A stretch of 64,000 nt of DNA. Source: Octopus sinensis (taxonomy: Eukaryota). Position numbers and translations under genes: made by a program. The notes beneath the pieces were generated by a model that saw only the letters and a list, made by a program, of their open reading frames with translations, made no database searches and was not told where the DNA came from. Position 1 is the stretch's first letter. Every line of letters starts with the position of its first letter. Where the stretch lies: positions 73,160,001 to 73,224,000 of the forward strand of contig NC_043001.1 in the NCBI RefSeq assembly GCF_006345805.1, written 5' to 3'. This document shows positions 58,035 to 64,000 of this stretch, piece by piece.

Positions 58035-59039
58035 GTGTAAACTCTTGGATCATGAAATTCAGTAAATACCGTAAGATATGAGGAGTTATGTCCCTTGAAA
58101 TCTCATGGATTTGGATTAACTATAGTCCTATTTCATCTGAGTGATGGAGCATGGCCTAATGGTTAGGGAATTGAGTTATGTGTGTTTGATTCTGGCACTG
58201 GGCAACACATTTTGCTCTTGAACAAAGCATTTCCACATTGCTCCAGTCAACTCATCCGGAAATTACCACCAGTCAGGTGCTGGTATTGTCCTCTCTCCCA
58301 CTATTTGTCACATCCTAAATGTTCCATCGGGTCATGGGTGGGAGAACCAAGAGTATGTCTGTATCAGCTCATGGATACAGAAGAACCTAAACCAATTAAT
58401 GAAAGCATTATATGTATATATTACCTGGTGCAGGTGTGGCTGTGGGGTAAGAAGCTTGCTTCCCAACCACATGGTTCTGGGTTCTGTCCCACTGCATGGC
58501 ACCTTGGACAAGTGTCTTCTACTATAGCCTTGGGCCAGCTGAACCCTTGTGGCAGAAACTGAAAGAAGCCCGTCGTTTATAAGTCCTGAGGTCAATTTGT
58601 GACTAAAACCCTTCAAGGCAGTACTCACTGTAAAATGACTGAAACAAGTAATTTGAGCTCTTCATTACATTAAAATTTTAATTATTATTTTAAAAATTTC
58701 AATGCATACCATACATCATCAGGTAAATAAATTAGGACTAACTTACAAACAATCATTATGTATGGTGGTGGGTAGGTAATTTACTAGCAAAATCTTCATT
58801 TTGGGCTACTTCTTAAGATAATTTAATACTTTATGAAAATATTGTTCTCTGTGAACCTTGTTAAGCTGTCAGGGTACAGCATCCTTCAAAACTTCTATGC
58901 TTCCAGGAATTTGCCAAAACTACTCTTGGTGTGTCTATTAATTTAGTTAGTTTGGCTGTCCACCCAGATGCTTCAATGATTTCACACAAGCCCACCGTCC
59001 ATCACAACACCCCCCCCCCCCATACATGTTCTTAATTCA

Positions 59040-59460
59040 TCAACATTTGCCATTCGGCTGTCCTGAAGCAAGTTGTCCACATAGGTTAGACATTTTTTTC
59101 CCCTGTGGATTCTTCCTTCATCTGACTGCCAATAAGACCAGTTGACTCACAGGTTCTTTTGGGTGCCTGATGCAATAACCAGCAATTCTTATTCTTCTCT
59201 GCTGAGTCTTCTTTGTCACTTTGGGTAGATCTTGATAAAGCTGCTCATTGGTTAAATGAGCTCTCCAAGTCGCATTCAGAGCCATTCTTAACATTCTTGT
59301 GTAGCAGCCATCTATTTGTTTTTCAAACTTTTTGGTGAAGGTCCAAGGTTCAGCACCATATAACAAAAATGATTCTACCATGGAGACAAACAAACTAATT
59401 TTCAATTTACATGTCATCTTAAAACTCCAGATTTTATGCAGTTTGTGACATCCACTCCAA
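59040..59460 (-). mobile_element. RTE-clade LINE fragment (second lineage)
   Basis: KLKISLFVSMVESFLLYGAEPWT...IDGCYTRMLRMALN.TW..HLTNEQLY...RRIRIAGYCIRH. Confidence 0.85.
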
Positions 59461-59869
59461 TCTATGAACTCTATCATATGTTATGGCTCTTTTACTGTTC
59501 ATTTTTTTTTCTTGTGTATATGTGTGTGTTTTATCCTATGCATTGTGCATGTAATGTTGGTTATCAATACTGTGCTCTCTGTTGTGTGACTTTTTTCCTA
59601 ATGAGCAGTGAACCTGAGAATTGTATACAAGAAGCTAATTAATTCATTAACACACCATACAATATTCTTAGCTACATTTCTTCCAGTTTTACATCCTGTA
59701 TTCAAAAAGTAAGTAACAGTTAAGCATTGGAATCAATGTAATCAAGCAAAATACTAAATTGAGGATTTACAATAGTTCATTAAGGGTCCATGAAAAACTT
59801 TTGCATTACATGTTTGCTTTACAATTTCAAATCTTGTGCCTATAGTAGAAAAAAATAATTAGTAGTAGT

Positions 59870-60900
59870 AAGGCACTAAGCTGACAGAATTATTAGCACA
59901 CTGGGCAAAATTCTTAGCAGAATTTAAATTCAGAATGTAAAGATGGACAAAATGCTGCTAAGATTGGGTTTGCCTTTCATCCTTTCAGGGTTGATAATGT
60001 AAGTACCAGTTGAGTACTGGGGTCAATGTAATCGACTTATCCCCTTCCCCCAAATTGCTGGCCTTTTTGATACCATTATTATTATTATCATTGAGGCAGT
60101 GAGCTGGCAGAATCATTGGCATGCTGGACAAAATGCTTAGCACTATTTCACCCATCACTACGTTCTGAGTTCAAATTCTGCCAAGGTCAACTTTGCCTTT
60201 CATCCTTTCAGGATTAATAAAATAAGTACCAATTGAGTACTGAGGTCAATGTAATTAAGTATCCCCCTCCCCCAAATTTCAGGCCTTGTGCCAATAGTAG
60301 AAAAGGATTAGTATTAAGATTACAAGATGGCAGAATCATTAGCGTGTTGAATAAAATGTTTACCAGCATTTCTTCTGGCTTCATGTTCTGAGTTCAAATT
60401 TTGCCAAGGCCAGCCAACTTTGCCTTTCATCTTTTCAGGGTCAATAAAATAACAGTCAACTACTAATGTCTATGGAATTGACTTGCTTCTTCCTTCATAA
60501 TTTGAAACATTTAGTATTTATGCAGTGAACTGGCAGAATCATTACCTCACCAGAGGTATTTCTTCTAGCATTTCATGTTCTGAGTTCAAATTCCACTAAG
60601 ATCAACTTTACTTTTCATGCTTTCAGGATTGATAAAATAAGTCGCAGTTGAATACTGGGGTTGATGTAATGGATTATATACCTCCTCCAAAATTTCAGGC
60701 CTTGAGCCTATAGTAGAAAGGATTATTATTATTATTATTATGGCAAATTTCACCAAGGTCAACTTTGTTTTTCATCCTTTTGAGGTTGATAAAATAAGAA
60801 GGACCAGTTGTGTACTAAGGTTGATATAATCAACTATACATCTCCCCCGAAATTTCAGGCCTTGTCTATAGTAAAAAGGATTATTATTATTATCATTATT
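59870..60900 (+). mobile_element. Second head-to-tail cluster of ~5 SINE family B copies
   Basis: Same units as 46305-47720 with (ATT)n spacers; solo copies at ~10225, 20630(-), 56187, 62570-62925(-). Confidence 0.82.
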
Positions 60901-61251
60901 AATTAATTATTTAATTAATATGACATCACTTCAGCAACAACTGTTATGGTTTAATGTTTGAGAAACTACATTGAGATTTCTAAAAATGACAATTTCTCAT
61001 TAATTATTAGAAAATGGATTTGTGGCTAAAGCATACAGAACTTCGAGGGCTAACTCCAAGATAAGTACCATACAGACTCATCTCACCATTAGGTGGATGT
61101 CACATGAATCAATCTTCCTACTTTACAATGAAATTGGCTTTGTGCTTGGAAGAACAGGAGATTCACAGAGTAAACTGTAAATAAATCAGCAAAATGTAAA
61201 GGGAAACTACTGTTATGTCTTTCCTCAGTAAAATCAATTTTCACGTTAGAG

Positions 61252-61555
61252 CAGTGATTCCCAACGTTGGGCACACACCCCACTAGTGGGGCCACGGAAA
61301 ATTGTAGCAGGGCATGGTGCTTTAGTTGCCAAACACAAGATCCTCATTAAAGTGATTCACTTTTTTTCTTAGTCAATAATGTACTTTTTTTTGGTACTCA
61401 ATACTTAATAGAAGAGTTACCAGTAGGTTCTCTTCTATTAAGTAACTGTGATAAAATATTGAAAATGGAGTTGCTTTTTTCCAACCACCGATGGGGCATA
61501 CATTTTTCTGGGAAGTTATAATGGGGGCTGGGGAAAAATAGGTTGGAAAACACTA
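61252..61555. mobile_element. hAT-type MITE
   Basis: cagtgattcccaac ... gttggaaaacacta terminal inverted repeats. Confidence 0.6.
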
Positions 61556-63299
61556 TAGAGGTCCTTGATCACTAAGGCCTTTATGTATGGCACTTAAAGG
61601 GAAAACAAAGGTTGTTGTGTTAATGTACTGAGGAGTAAGAGAGAGGGAGGTTTATTTGGTGGATGTAGCTGAGGTGTTGTGTGAAGACTGATCGACTAAT
61701 TTCAAGATTTCTGAAGTGGTTCCTTATGAGATATCCTACAGCACAGTTAGTGAAATACTTGTTAATTATACAATGTTTCTGCCTCATATTTACACGAAGG
61801 TAGACTAGCTAGATATAGTCAAGACTCAAGTCTTCTATGACTATACATTAACTGACTCATGAACTGACAATTCTGCACATGACAATTCAGTGCATTGTGT
61901 TTATGTGTATATGAAATTTAATTTCATTTAGTTTTCAAAATTTTGAAACTTTACAACTTCATGAATAAGTGGTACTGTATTAGATTGTGGTAGCGTTTTC
62001 AATTGTTAATAGCCCAAAAACCCCTTTTTTTTCTATTTATACAAGTATGCCCTTTCATTAGTTATTTTGCAAGTCTAAGACAGCATTTTTTTTCCTTATT
62101 AGGATTCCAGTTGGTTACAAACATTTACCAATTTAAAAATAAAAAAAACAAGCCCTGTGGAGCTGATTTTATCAGAGAAAGCAAAATAAATGAAATTAAA
62201 TTTCATATACACAAACATGTTGTACTGAATTGTCTTTGTGCAGAATTTTCCTGGTGCTAACTAACCACCAAAGGTTGGTAGAAAGCAACCCTATTTTTAA
62301 TATCTTATGATTATTCAATACAAAAGAATCTACTGGTAACTCTTTTATTAAGCACTGAGTACAAAAAAAAGTACATGGACATAGCACATTACCAGAATAT
62401 GATAAACTGGTGATACATACACTACAGACTCAACTAACAAGGTAAACCTTTATAAAGAAGAAAATAGTGCTGATGTTTGTAGAGAGAAACATAGCAGTTA
62501 ATAAAATGTACATGTTAGGTTGTGTGTGAGAGGTAGGCACAATGCCTCGAGGTTGAAGGGGAAGTATAGTCATTTTATGGACCCCCAGCATTTGACAGGT
62601 ACTTTATTTTATCAACTCCAATAGGATGAAAGTTAAGTTTAAGTTAAACTCTGAATGTAAAGGAATAGAACAAGCTATCGTTTTTTTCAGTTCTGCTGTT
62701 CTTTTGTATTATATTGGTTTGAAATTTTGGCACAAGGCCTGCTCTTTCTGGGGAGGAACTAAGTCAATTACAGTGATCAAATGGTGCTTATTTTATCGAC
62801 CCCAAAAGAATGAAAGGCAAGTCAACCTCAGCAGAATTTGAACTCAGGATGTAAAGACAAGACAAAATACTTGCTAAGAATTTTGCCCAGCATGTTGATG
62901 AATCTTCCAGCTGGCCACCTTCCTTTTTGTATTATATTGAGAATTCAATGTTGTAACTAGACACAATGTGAAGTCATCAACTGGTTACAAATAATTCATT
63001 TTCCATGTTGGTCAAAAGTTGAAATCATCAGTAAGTCACAGGTTATTGTCAAAAACCACAAACAAAAAAAATAAGGAAAAAATGTTTGTAAGGAGACTAG
63101 AAGCTCCTTAGGCCAGAGCCTGTCTTGGTTATTGTGGCATATAAATGAAGAAGTGCAGTACCCCACCCACCCACCTCTGAATAGGATACCATTCCATTGA
63201 TTGCGAGCCTAATGCCCAAACCACTAGGTTGCATCACTTCACTGCATATCATACACAACAGAATACATGCCATGCACAAAATATGACACGCATAAGAAG

Positions 63300-63706
63300 A
63301 GAAGATATAGCTCACACAAGATATAGATTGGTAACAGCTCAAAGAGCCATAGAGAGGTCAATGCTTGGAATCTCGTTGAGAGAGCACATCAGTAGCGAGG
63401 TCATCAGAGAGAAGTTCGGCGTGAGGGATGTCATCGTAGAATATACACGCAGCAAGATCAGATGGGCTGGACACGTCGCCTGGCTCACCGATAATTGGTG
63501 GACCCGCGCAGTTGTCGAGTGGCACACGCATGAGTAGAAGAGACCACTCAGAGGGCCTCCATGATGGTGGAGTTATGATTTCAGGAGGGCAATTGGGATC
63601 ACGTGGATGAGAAAAGCGCAATCCAGAGAGGAGTTGACAGCATGCTGTGACCAGCAGTGTTAAATGGACGCCTAACGGACTGGTCAGTCAAGGTGATCAA
63701 GGTGAT
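63300..63706 (+). mobile_element. RTE-clade LINE 3' end (third lineage)
   Basis: RLVTAQRAIERSMLGISLREHISSEVIR...IRWAGHVAWLTDNWWTRAVVEW; ends in a short tandem tail tcaaggtgatcaaggtgat. Confidence 0.85.
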
Positions 63707-63709
63707 ATA

Positions 63710-63938
63710 TTATTCTTTTACTGGTTTCAGTCATTTGACTGAGGCCACGCTGGAGCACCGCCTTTAGTCAAACAAATTAACCCAAGCACTTATTCTTTGT
63801 AAGCCCAGTACTTATTCTATTGGTCTCTTTTGCCAAAACTAACTTATGGGTATGCAAACACACCAAGCAATGGTGGGGAACAACACAAACACACTAATAC
63901 ACACACACATATATACATATATATATATATATCACCAT

Positions 63939-63986
<48 letters not shown>

Positions 63987-64000
63987 GACGGGCTTCTTTC
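63710..64000 (-). mobile_element. SINE family A, running off the window end
   Basis: gtttcagtcatttgactg...gctggagcaccgcc, (TA)n, cgacgggcttctttc. Confidence 0.85.

Overview
AT-rich, intron-rich animal DNA. The tRNA-SINE/RTE/microsatellite landscape suggests a coleoid cephalopod, probably Octopus; this is inference, not verified. The window holds the 3' part of one + strand gene, a salt-inducible kinase 3 (SIK3/QSK) orthologue. I traced 13 coding exons (7722-38274) with GT-AG junctions and fully consistent phases: 3257 nt, about 1085 aa, with the N-terminal kinase exons upstream of the window. The protein has the kinase C-lobe, a UBA region, an internally duplicated RRHT/RRAS phospho-regulatory module and a C-terminal KA1-like domain. 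The rest is introns, probable 3'UTR and intergenic DNA filled with SINEs, RTE and CR1 LINE fragments, Tc1/mariner, hAT and piggyBac non-autonomous elements, Penelope-like remnants, and micro/minisatellites. No rRNA, real tRNA gene, CRISPR array or prokaryotic system is supported, and most ORF-track entries are repeat artefacts. The most notable observations are: the KA1-like tail; a 36-bp copy of a SIK3 exon inside a SINE microsatellite; a ~100-bp palindrome with hammerhead-like cores downstream of the stop codon; a piggyBac-in-hAT nest whose empty site is also in the window; and a ~1-kb array of palindromic units. Repeat boundaries are read by eye and approximate.
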